A stretch of DNA of 36,056 nt, taken from positions 1 through 36,056 of the forward strand of contig CAYXFQ010000001.1 of assembly GCA_964464345.1 (NCBI GenBank), in the 5' to 3' direction. Origin of the DNA: an uncultured Methanomassiliicoccales archaeon (GTDB lineage Archaea; Thermoplasmatota; Thermoplasmata; Methanomassiliicoccales; Methanomethylophilaceae). How positions within the stretch are numbered: the stretch's first letter is position 1; each line of letters starts with the position of its first letter. Shown one piece after another: positions 1 to 7,417 of this stretch. A program made the position numbers and the translations under genes. The notes beneath the pieces are model-generated. The model saw nothing but the letters and a program-made list of their open reading frames with translations. It did no database searches and was not told the DNA's origin.

Positions 1-913
1 CTCCGAGAACGTCTTCGACATCGACTTCCCCCCCTCTCGACTGATAATCATCGGCGGCGGCTACAAGGCGTTGGAGTTCGCCCACTTCTTCTCCGCCATC
101 GGCACCGTCGTCACCCTGGTGGGACGGAATCCCCGCCTGCTCCCCACGGAGGAGCCGGAGGTCTCCGAGCACATGCGACGGCGCCTCTCCCGATTCATGC
201 ACATCCATCTGGACAGCGTCCCGCTGGAGTTCTCCCGCACCGCAGAGGGGAAGCGCATGGTCATGCGCCGCCGCAGCGACGGGCAGGAGAGCGAGGTGAT
301 TGCGGATGAGATATTACTCTGCGCCGGCGTGGTCAGCAACAACGACATCCTGGAGGTGGAGAAGTGCGGGGTAGAGCTCGACGACAAGGGCTTCATACTC
401 ACCGACCTCCACCTGGAGACCACCACTCCCGGCGTCTACGCCCTCGGGGACACCCTGGGCCGCACCATGTTCCGGCACACCGCCAACTATCAGGCCCTGG
501 TGGTCTGGGAGAACCTCAACGACAGGTGGATGACCTTGGATGAGAGGGTGGTGCCCCATGCGGTCTACAGCTACCCGCGGGTGGCGTCGGTGGGGGCCAC
601 CGAGGCCGAGGCCCGCACCCGCGGCCGAGACGTCCTGATCGGCCGCTCACGCTACGAGGACAGCGCCAAGGGATATGCCATGGGGGAGCTGGACTCCTTC
701 GTGAAGGTGGTCCTGGACCACAACAGTGGCGAGATCCTCGGCGCCACCATCTGCGGCAGCGAGGCTGACCTCATGATTCAGAGCGTGGTCTTCATGATGA
801 ACTGCGACAAGGGCACTCTCGCCCCCATTCGGCGCAGCCAGGTGATACACCCCTCGCTGATAGAAGTGCTGGACAGGGCCTTCTCCAATCTGGAGCACGA
901 CCACGAGCACTAG
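1..913 (+). CDS. Class I FAD/NAD(P)-dependent pyridine nucleotide-disulfide oxidoreductase (dihydrolipoamide dehydrogenase / glutathione reductase-like), 5'-truncated at window edge
   Basis: The frame is open from nt 2 (SENVFDIDFPPSRLIIIGGGYKALEFAHFF), which carries the second Rossmann GxGxxA motif. It also has the TTPGVYALGD FAD-binding motif and a C-terminal dimerisation-domain pattern (HAVYSYPRVASVG...IHPSLIEVL). The stop is TAG at 911-913. Confidence 0.8.
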   Translation, partial: SENVFDIDFPPSRLIIIGGGYKALEFAHFFSAIGTVVTLVGRNPRLLPTEEPEVSEHMRRRLSRFMHIHLDSVPLEFSRTAEGKRMVMRRRSDGQESEVIADEILLCAGVVSNNDILEVEKCGVELDDKGFILTDLHLETTTPGVYALGDTLGRTMFRHTANYQALVVWENLNDRWMTLDERVVPHAVYSYPRVASVGATEAEARTRGRDVLIGRSRYEDSAKGYAMGELDSFVKVVLDHNSGEILGATICGSEADLMIQSVVFMMNCDKGTLAPIRRSQVIHPSLIEVLDRAFSNLEHDHEH

Positions 914-1884
914 AGTATCCTGTCGCCCTGAAGCGAGTCGCGGGACGACTGCTCGATCAGGGCGCTTATGAACTCCGGGTCGTCATGCGGCCTCGGTATG
1001 AGGGACTGCTGCGACGCCCGTCTGTTGAGGTACCTGGTGCTGATGATGCTGGCCAGATGGGGAACCGGCGGCAGAAGGTAGAAGAATGATCCCAGCAGGC
1101 CCGCTATCTTCTTGGGGGTGCTGATCTCGTCGATCTTGCTGTTGACGGGGTCCATCAGCTCGTTGGCCCTCACCAAGCCGAGCAGGGAGCGGATGATCTG
1201 CATGTCCGCCTGCATGACCACGCCGATGCTCCAGTCGATGGCCTTGTCGATTGGCACGCTGAAGCCCACCGCGTAGGTCTCCTTGTTCAGGATGGCCTTG
1301 CGCAGGCCCTCGGCGCCCTCGCCTTTGAACTCCGTCCAGGCGTGGCCCATGGTGGGCAGGGAGTGGGCGTCGCTGGCGCCCAGGGTGGCCCAGCGGCCGA
1401 TCTTGGCCGCCGCCTCCTGCGCGGTGCGGTTGGCGTAGGGGTCCACGTGCCCGGCGTTGATGGTCTCGATGGCGTCCAGGTCCAGCTCGTAGACCAGGTC
1501 GCCTATCGCAGGCACGTGCAGGCTGAAGGGGTGCGGGGCGACGGTGATGCCGCCCTGGTCCCGAATGATGTCGATGGTCTCCGCGGCGCTCAGGCCGGGA
1601 GGTATGAACTCGTTGAGGAAGAGGCCGATGACCTCGCCGTCGGCGGTGCTGACCTCCTCGCCGATGACGATCTCGATGTCATCGAAGCGACGGGCGGCCT
1701 TCTCGGCCACAAGGGCGCCCTTGATTGAGTCGTGATCGGTGATGCAGAGAACATCGTTGCCGATGTTGCGAGCATTTTTCACGACGTCCTCTGGGTGCGC
1801 AACCGATTCCGGGAAGCGCAGGGGTCCAAGCTTTCCTACGCCGGAATATCGGGTGTGCACATGCGTGTCCGCCCGCTGTAGCAT
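910..1884 (-). CDS. PHP-domain metal-dependent phosphoesterase with about 100-aa C-terminal extension
   Basis: The 324-aa ORF has N-terminal ADTHVHTRYS and later ITDHDS, APHPF and GASDAH, the classic PHP His/Asp metal ligands. The ATG is at 1882-1884. The TAG stop shares the palindrome CTAG (910-913) with the convergent gene. Confidence 0.8.
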   Translation of the reverse strand: MLQRADTHVHTRYSGVGKLGPLRFPESVAHPEDVVKNARNIGNDVLCITDHDSIKGALVAEKAARRFDDIEIVIGEEVSTADGEVIGLFLNEFIPPGLSAAETIDIIRDQGGITVAPHPFSLHVPAIGDLVYELDLDAIETINAGHVDPYANRTAQEAAAKIGRWATLGASDAHSLPTMGHAWTEFKGEGAEGLRKAILNKETYAVGFSVPIDKAIDWSIGVVMQADMQIIRSLLGLVRANELMDPVNSKIDEISTPKKIAGLLGSFFYLLPPVPHLASIISTRYLNRRASQQSLIPRPHDDPEFISALIEQSSRDSLQGDRIL

Positions 1885-1905
1885 AGTCCCGAATCATATT
1901 ATCTC

Positions 1906-1915
1906 GATATAAAAG
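1906..1915 (-). promoter_or_regulatory. TATA box (minus strand CTTTTATATC) for the PHP gene, leaderless geometry
   Basis: An AT-rich 8-10-mer lies 22 nt upstream of the ATG at 1884. The same 22-24 nt spacing recurs at eight other genes in the window. Confidence 0.45.
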
Positions 1916-2075
1916 AGTATGTAAACGGCCATTTTATCCGTTCTTCCATCTAAATCTGTCAACAAGCCCTCTGGACTCTCCTTCACTGAACGCTTGACTG
2001 AGGCCAATCTGGGTCGATCATTTACCCTCCGCTATTATTGGGGGATTGCGGCAATTCTCCCCTTCGGCCCTGCCA

Positions 2076-2612
2076 ATGTTTTATATCTCCCTCTGCGATG
2101 GGCGGCATCGCGTCCGGCGAGCTGGGCGCGACGAGGTGAGATTCCTGCTCTTGGAGGATTGGTTGCTCTATGCCCTGCTGTCCATGGTCCCCTTCTGGGA
2201 GTCTCGCTACACCATTCCCGCCATCATAGCCCTTGACCAGAGCGTGAACGTGCTCTCGGTCTACCTCTGGTGCACCGCCTTCAACATCCTGGCCATCCCG
2301 ATCATCTACTTCTGCGTGGATGTGCTCTATCATCGCTGGCTGCACCGGGTGAACCCCATACGCCGGATCTACGAGTGGTGCGTGTGCAAGGTCTCCAGCA
2401 AGGAGAAGGGCACCTTGGAGAAGTGGCAGGAGCTGGGCCTCATGGTCTTCGTGGCGGTCCCCCTGCCGGCCACCGGCGTCTGGTCCGCGACCCTGCTGGC
2501 CTGGCTCTTCGAGCTGGAGTTCAAGCGCTCCTTCGTGGTCATGGCCATCGGAGCGATGATATCGGCCGGCATCACCACATTGCTGGCGCTGGGGATAGTC
2601 TCGTTCCTGTGA
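2076..2612 (+). CDS. Small multidrug export family (COG2426 / Sm_multidrug_ex-like) membrane protein
   Basis: Family-like pattern LLSMVPFWESRYTIPAIIAL ... GLMVFVAVPLPATGVWSATLLAWLF with four hydrophobic segments. The start is uncertain: TTG 2046, ATG 2076 or GTG 2136 are all in frame. TGA stop. Confidence 0.6.
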   Translation: MFYISLCDGRHRVRRAGRDEVRFLLLEDWLLYALLSMVPFWESRYTIPAIIALDQSVNVLSVYLWCTAFNILAIPIIYFCVDVLYHRWLHRVNPIRRIYEWCVCKVSSKEKGTLEKWQELGLMVFVAVPLPATGVWSATLLAWLFELEFKRSFVVMAIGAMISAGITTLLALGIVSFL

Positions 2613-2625
2613 GCGACAAGGGCTC

Positions 2626-4392
2626 TCAGGCGTAGTAGTACTCGCCCTTGGACTTCTGCTCCCGGTCCAGTCGGGAGCCGGTCTTGTTGATGCGCGGGCG
2701 GTGGGTGTCGCTGTCCCGGCGGAAGGTGACGTCCACGTTCTCCAGGAAGCTGTTCATCCCCTGGCGCATGTCGAAGGGTCCGTCCCCCTTGCCGAGCACG
2801 CCCGGCTCGCCGGAGAAGACCATCATGCTGTCCGAGACCATGTCCAGGAAGTAGATGTCGTGATCGACGATGAGGGCGCTCTTGCCGGTCCTCTCCATGA
2901 CGCGACGTATGGTGCGGGCGGCGTTCATCCTCTGGTTGGAGTCCAGGTAGGCGGAGGGCTCGTCCAGGAGGTAGATGTCCGCCTCTCTGGCGAGGCAGAT
3001 GGCGATGGCCACCCTCTGCAGCTCTCCGCCGGAGAGGTCGCGCACGCCCTTCTCCATCAGGTGCTTCACGGCCAGGGGCTCCAGGACCTCGCTCTGGAAG
3101 TGGCTGGTCTCCATGACCTCGAAAGCGGTGCTGTAGAGCAGGTCTCTGACTCTTCCGTCAAAGTCGGCGGTGATGTACTGGGGCTTGTAGGCCACCTTGA
3201 CCTCCCGCTCCAGCTCCCCCGCGTCGGGGGCTATGGCCCCGGCGAGCATCTTCACGAAGGTGGTCTTGCCGGTGGCGTTCGGCCCCACCACTCCCACCGA
3301 CTCGCCGACGTGGACCTTGCCGGGGCTGACCTCCAGGCGGAAGCCCCCGAAGTCCTTCACCAGGGAGTCGTAGGACACCATCTCGTTGGTGATCCAGTCC
3401 CCCCGCGGCGGCGAGGCCTCGAATGCTATCGGCGTGTCGCGGAAGCGGATGTTCTCCTCCGGCAGGTAGCCATCCAGATAGACGTTGATGGCGGTCCGGA
3501 CCTGGCGGGCGAGGGTGAAGACCCCGTAGGCGCCCTCGCTACCATAGACCACGCTGACGTTGTCCGCCAGGAAGTCCAGGATGGCCAGGTCGTGTTCGAT
3601 GACCACGACCTGTCTCTCCTCGCTCAGCTCCTGGATGCGGCGGGCCATGCGCAGGCGCTGGTGAATGTCAAGGTAGGAGGACGGCTCGTCAAAGAAGTAG
3701 ACGTCGGCCTCCTTCATCATGGTGGCTGCCATGGCCGCCCTCTGCAACTCCCCTCCCGAGAGCTCGCCCAGGGGCCGGTCGATGACCTGCTCCAGCTCGA
3801 ACATCTCCACCGCCTCCTCGAGGCTGAGACGCCCGCTGACCTTGCCCAGGAGGTCCCGGACCGGGCCGCTGTGCACAGCCGGGAGCTTGTCCACGTACTG
3901 GGGCTTCATGGCCACCCGCAGCTCGTCCCGGTAGATCTTCTCCAGGTAGCCGTGCAGCTCGGTGCCGGCGAAGTGGGCCAGCACCTCCTCCCGGCTGGGA
4001 GGGTCCTCCCAGTCGCCGAGGTTCGGCGTCTCCGTTCCGGAGAGGATGTTGATGGCGGTGGTCTTGCCGATCCCGTTCGGCCCGAGTATGCCGGTGACCA
4101 TGCCCTTGCGGGGGACCGGCAGCCGGTAGAGGCGGAAGGAGTTCTCGCCGTACTGGTGAACCAGCTCCCCCTGTAGCTCCTGGGACAGTCCAATGATCTT
4201 GATGGCCTCGAACGGGCACTTGTGCACGCATATGCCGCAGCCGGCGCAGAGCTCCTCGGAGATTATGGGCTTGCCCTTCTCCCCCAATACTATGGCCTGC
4301 ACCCCGGTGCGCACCTTGGGGCAGAAGCGTAGGCACTCCTGGTGGCACTTCTTGTTCTGGCAGCGGTCTTGCAGCAGCACGGCGATGCGCAT
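2626..4392 (-). CDS. abce1: ABCE1 / RNase L inhibitor-type ribosome recycling ATPase (2x 4Fe-4S N-domain plus twin ABC cassettes)
   Basis: MRIAVLLQDRCQNKKCHQECLRFCP...CAGCGICVHKCPFEAI Fe-S domain. Two Walker A motifs (GPNGIGKTT, GPNATGKTT) and two LSGGELQR signatures. The start is set at ATG 4390-4392 (588 aa) by homology and by the TATA box 24 nt upstream. The ORF-track extension to 4863 is rejected. Confidence 0.92.
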   Translation of the reverse strand: MRIAVLLQDRCQNKKCHQECLRFCPKVRTGVQAIVLGEKGKPIISEELCAGCGICVHKCPFEAIKIIGLSQELQGELVHQYGENSFRLYRLPVPRKGMVTGILGPNGIGKTTAINILSGTETPNLGDWEDPPSREEVLAHFAGTELHGYLEKIYRDELRVAMKPQYVDKLPAVHSGPVRDLLGKVSGRLSLEEAVEMFELEQVIDRPLGELSGGELQRAAMAATMMKEADVYFFDEPSSYLDIHQRLRMARRIQELSEERQVVVIEHDLAILDFLADNVSVVYGSEGAYGVFTLARQVRTAINVYLDGYLPEENIRFRDTPIAFEASPPRGDWITNEMVSYDSLVKDFGGFRLEVSPGKVHVGESVGVVGPNATGKTTFVKMLAGAIAPDAGELEREVKVAYKPQYITADFDGRVRDLLYSTAFEVMETSHFQSEVLEPLAVKHLMEKGVRDLSGGELQRVAIAICLAREADIYLLDEPSAYLDSNQRMNAARTIRRVMERTGKSALIVDHDIYFLDMVSDSMMVFSGEPGVLGKGDGPFDMRQGMNSFLENVDVTFRRDSDTHRPRINKTGSRLDREQKSKGEYYYA

Positions 4393-4414
4393 GGCTCCGC
4401 CTATCCCCATCTTG

Positions 4415-4422
4415 GATATAAG
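4415..4422 (-). promoter_or_regulatory. TATA box (minus strand CTTATATC) for ABCE1
   Basis: 24 nt upstream of ATG 4392. The octamer is identical to the one upstream of metG. Confidence 0.45.
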
Positions 4423-4445
4423 TTTTGGGCGGGGCCCGCCATCAG

Positions 4446-4453
4446 TTAAAATA
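4446..4453 (+). promoter_or_regulatory. TATA box (TTAAAATA) for MATE transporter 1
   Basis: 24 nt upstream of ATG 4477. It forms a back-to-back divergent promoter pair with the ABCE1 TATA. Confidence 0.4.
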
Positions 4454-4476
4454 CTGCTGACGGCAATGTTGCCGGG

Positions 4477-5955
4477 ATGACGACGCCCCCGCGTCTCCGT
4501 TCGGACTCCATCTCTGAGCTCGGGCTCAGCCCATCGGACTGCCCATCTGGCTCTGGTGCTCCCGTCACGCCGGAGGGGGACAGCTGCGGGGTGGAGACGC
4601 TTCTGGGGGATCCCCGGGCGGCCATCGTACGGCTCTCCATTCCGCTGATAATAGCGATGAGCTTCCAGACCGCCTACAACCTGGTGGACGCCATATGGGT
4701 GGCCGGTCTCGGATCCGACGCCCTGGCGGCGGTGGGCTTCTCGTTCCCGCTCTTCTTCGCCCTCACCGGCCTCGCCAACGGCATCGGCATCGGCGGCTCG
4801 GCCGCCATCGCCCGCTACATCGGCCGCCGGGACCGGGAGCGGGCGGAGAGATCGGCGGAGCACGCCCTGCTATTCGGCCTTCTCACCGCCCTGCTAATAT
4901 CCATCCCACTCTACATCTTCGCGCTCCCCATCTTCGAGGCCATGGGCGCCGGGGACGTCGCCCCCCTGGCCGCCGAGTACGGGCGGGTGATGTTCGGAGG
5001 CTCGGTGGTGGTCTTCGCCGCCGCCATACTGAGCTTCCTCCTCCGCGGCGAGGGGGACGCCCGTCGCTCCTCCCGCATCATGGTCGCAGGGTCGATACTC
5101 AACATGATCCTGGACCCCATCTTCATCTACACCCTGGGCATGGGCATCTCCGGAGCCGCCCTGGCCACCATAGTCTCCTTCGGCATCACCAGCCTGGTCA
5201 TGCTCTACTGGTACCTGGTGCGGAGGGACACCTGGGTTCGCCTCAGCCTGCGCTCCTTCCGCCCATCGCGGGAGATTTTCGGGGAGGTGTTCGGGGTCGG
5301 CATACCGGCCTCGGTGCAGATGCTGAGCATGTCCTTCATGCAGATCGGCATCAACCTCATCATCCTCATGGTGGCCAGCACCGACGGGGTGGCCATCTAC
5401 AGCACCGGATGGAGGGTCATATCCCTGGCCTCCATCCCGCTGCAGGGAATATCCTCGGCGGTGATCCCGGTCACCGGCGCCGCCTTCGGGGCCTGCGCCT
5501 ATGACAAGCTCAGGATCGCCCACGGCCACTCCATCCGCTTCGGCCTGAGGATCAGCGTGGCGGTGGGGGTGTTCATCTTCATCTTCGCGCCGGAGGTGGC
5601 GATGCTCTTCAGCTGGTCGGAGGACTCCCGTCACCTCGCCGAGCCCATAGCGCTCTTCATCCGCATCCTCGCCTTCATGGTCCCCGGCATATCCTGGGGC
5701 ATGCTGTCCTCCTCCACCTTCCAGGGGATGGGCATGGGCGTGCGCGCATTGATCGCCACCCTCTTCCGCTCCCTGCTGCTGACCCTGACCTTCACCTTCA
5801 CCTTCGGAGTCATCCTCGGTCACGGGCTCACGGGCATTTGGCTCGGGATACTGTTGGCCAACGTCATCGGATCCGTGACCGTTTTCTTCTGGACCAGATG
5901 GAGCATCTCCCGTCTGATCGCGAGCTCGGAAAAGCCCCAGCCAGTTGACGATTAA
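4477..5955 (+). CDS. MATE family efflux transporter (paralog 1)
   Basis: 492 aa, about 12 hydrophobic segments, N-terminal family motif LLGDPRAAIVRLSIPLIIAMSFQTAYNLVDAIWVAGLG. TAA stop. Confidence 0.88.
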   Translation: MTTPPRLRSDSISELGLSPSDCPSGSGAPVTPEGDSCGVETLLGDPRAAIVRLSIPLIIAMSFQTAYNLVDAIWVAGLGSDALAAVGFSFPLFFALTGLANGIGIGGSAAIARYIGRRDRERAERSAEHALLFGLLTALLISIPLYIFALPIFEAMGAGDVAPLAAEYGRVMFGGSVVVFAAAILSFLLRGEGDARRSSRIMVAGSILNMILDPIFIYTLGMGISGAALATIVSFGITSLVMLYWYLVRRDTWVRLSLRSFRPSREIFGEVFGVGIPASVQMLSMSFMQIGINLIILMVASTDGVAIYSTGWRVISLASIPLQGISSAVIPVTGAAFGACAYDKLRIAHGHSIRFGLRISVAVGVFIFIFAPEVAMLFSWSEDSRHLAEPIALFIRILAFMVPGISWGMLSSSTFQGMGMGVRALIATLFRSLLLTLTFTFTFGVILGHGLTGIWLGILLANVIGSVTVFFWTRWSISRLIASSEKPQPVDD

Positions 5956-5963
5956 TATAAATA
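5954..5963 (+). promoter_or_regulatory. TATA box (AATATAAATA) for MATE transporter 2
   Basis: 23 nt upstream of ATG 5986. This supports ATG 5986 rather than the ORF-track TTG 5974 as the start. Confidence 0.45.
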
Positions 5964-5985
5964 CGGATACTATTTGTGCGGAGAC

Positions 5986-7371
5986 ATGGAGAACCGCACC
6001 GAGGGTGTGGACACCATTCTAGGGGATCCTCGCAGAGCCATACGGCGGCTCTCGGTTCCCATGCTCGTGGCCATGCTCTCCCAGAACCTGTACAACCTCG
6101 TCGACGCCATCTGGGTCGCCGGGTTGGGCGAGGCGGCTCTGGCTGCGGTCGGGATGGCATTCCCCTTCTTCTTCATACTCACTGGAATAGGCAACGGCAT
6201 CGGCGTCGGTGCCGCCTCCGCCATTGCACGTAGGTTAGGGGCCAACGACAAGAAAGGTGCGGACGACGTAGCGTCGCAATCCTTCGCCTTGGCCCTGATC
6301 GCCACGGTCTTGGTGACGATCCCGATGGTCGTCTTCGTCGAGGACCTCTTCCTGCTCATGGGCGCCGAGGGCGACTATCTCCAGCTCTGTGTGGACTATG
6401 CGGTCTGGGTCTTCGGTGGGACCGGCGTCATATTCGTGCTCACGCTGCTGGACAGCGTGCTTCGCGCCGAGGGCGACGCCAAGCGCTCCATGCGCATCAT
6501 GATCATCGGCTCCGTCCTCAACATCATACTGGACCCCATCTTCATCTACACCCTGAACATGGGCGTGGCGGGCGCCGCCATAGCATCCATACTGGCCTTC
6601 GGCATCGCCATGCTGGTCATGGCCGACTGGTTCTTCGTCAAGAAGGACACCTTCATCCGCTTCGAGTTCAAGGACTTCAAGCTGAAGCCGGACGTCATAA
6701 AGGAGATTCTCCACGTGGGCCTGCCCGCCTCCCTGGAGCTGACCATCCTCTCCATATCCTCCTTCATCATGGTCGTCTACGTCCAGTCGCTGGGCGGGGA
6801 GGAGGGCATGGCCATCTACTCCTCCGGCTGGCGGCTTCTGCAGATGGCCATGATCCCATTCCACAGCATCGGCGCCGCCGTGATCCCGGTCTGCGGGGCC
6901 GCCTTCGGTGGGAAGCGCTACGACAAGCTCGAGGAGGCCTATCGCTACTCGGTGGGGCTGACGGTGGGGGTGATGGTTCTGCTGTCGGTAGCCCTGGCTA
7001 TCTTCGCCATGCCGATGGCCGCGCTCTTCACCTGGGGCGACAACACCGCTCACCTGCAGGAGGGAATCGCGGAGTTCGTGCGCATCGGCTGCATATTCCT
7101 GCCCTTCATAGGCATGGCCGCCATATCGTCCATGATGTTCCAGAGCATCGGCCGCGGCATGCGGGCGCTCATATCGACCCTGCTGAGGAACATCTTCTGC
7201 CTGCTGCCGCCAATCTTCATACTGGGCTCCTCCATGGGCCTGATCGGCGTCTGGTGGGGAATGGTCATCGGTCACCTCATCGGTGCGTCGATAGTGCTGG
7301 CATGGGGCATACTCACAGTGAGGGACCTGGCCAACTCCGCGCCATTGGTGCGGCCCGTTCAGCCCTCCTGA
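5986..7371 (+). CDS. MATE family efflux transporter (paralog 2)
   Basis: MENRTEGVDTILGDPRRAIRRLSVPMLVAMLSQNLYNLVDAIWVAGLG runs parallel to paralog 1 along its whole length. TGA stop. Confidence 0.88.
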   Translation: MENRTEGVDTILGDPRRAIRRLSVPMLVAMLSQNLYNLVDAIWVAGLGEAALAAVGMAFPFFFILTGIGNGIGVGAASAIARRLGANDKKGADDVASQSFALALIATVLVTIPMVVFVEDLFLLMGAEGDYLQLCVDYAVWVFGGTGVIFVLTLLDSVLRAEGDAKRSMRIMIIGSVLNIILDPIFIYTLNMGVAGAAIASILAFGIAMLVMADWFFVKKDTFIRFEFKDFKLKPDVIKEILHVGLPASLELTILSISSFIMVVYVQSLGGEEGMAIYSSGWRLLQMAMIPFHSIGAAVIPVCGAAFGGKRYDKLEEAYRYSVGLTVGVMVLLSVALAIFAMPMAALFTWGDNTAHLQEGIAEFVRIGCIFLPFIGMAAISSMMFQSIGRGMRALISTLLRNIFCLLPPIFILGSSMGLIGVWWGMVIGHLIGASIVLAWGILTVRDLANSAPLVRPVQPS

Positions 7372-7386
7372 GCACTGCCAATAATT

Positions 7387-7394
7387 CTTATATC
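7387..7394 (+). promoter_or_regulatory. TATA box (CTTATATC) for metG
   Basis: 24 nt upstream of ATG 7418. Confidence 0.45.
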
Positions 7395-7417
7395 TGGCTC
7401 CCTTATTTCCGGACATC

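Noticed and set aside
2701-4176. 491-aa plus-strand ORF opposite ABCE1
   Set aside because: It lies fully antisense to a gene with unmistakable ABCE1 motifs. The product is a low-complexity Gly/Ala/Val/His/Asp-rich sequence typical of shadow ORFs in high-GC DNA, with no recognisable domain.
4393-4863. 157-codon N-terminal extension of the ABCE1 ORF in the ORF track (start at 4863)
   Set aside because: The extension overlaps the divergent MATE gene and both TATA boxes. It is Arg/Gly/Ala-rich with no homology. ABCE1 proteins start at MRIAV..., which here is ATG 4392.
5953-5988. Read-through fusion of the two same-frame MATE genes
   Set aside because: The stop is TAA, not TAG. Each half is already a complete 12-TM MATE protein, and the spacer holds a properly spaced TATA box for the second gene.
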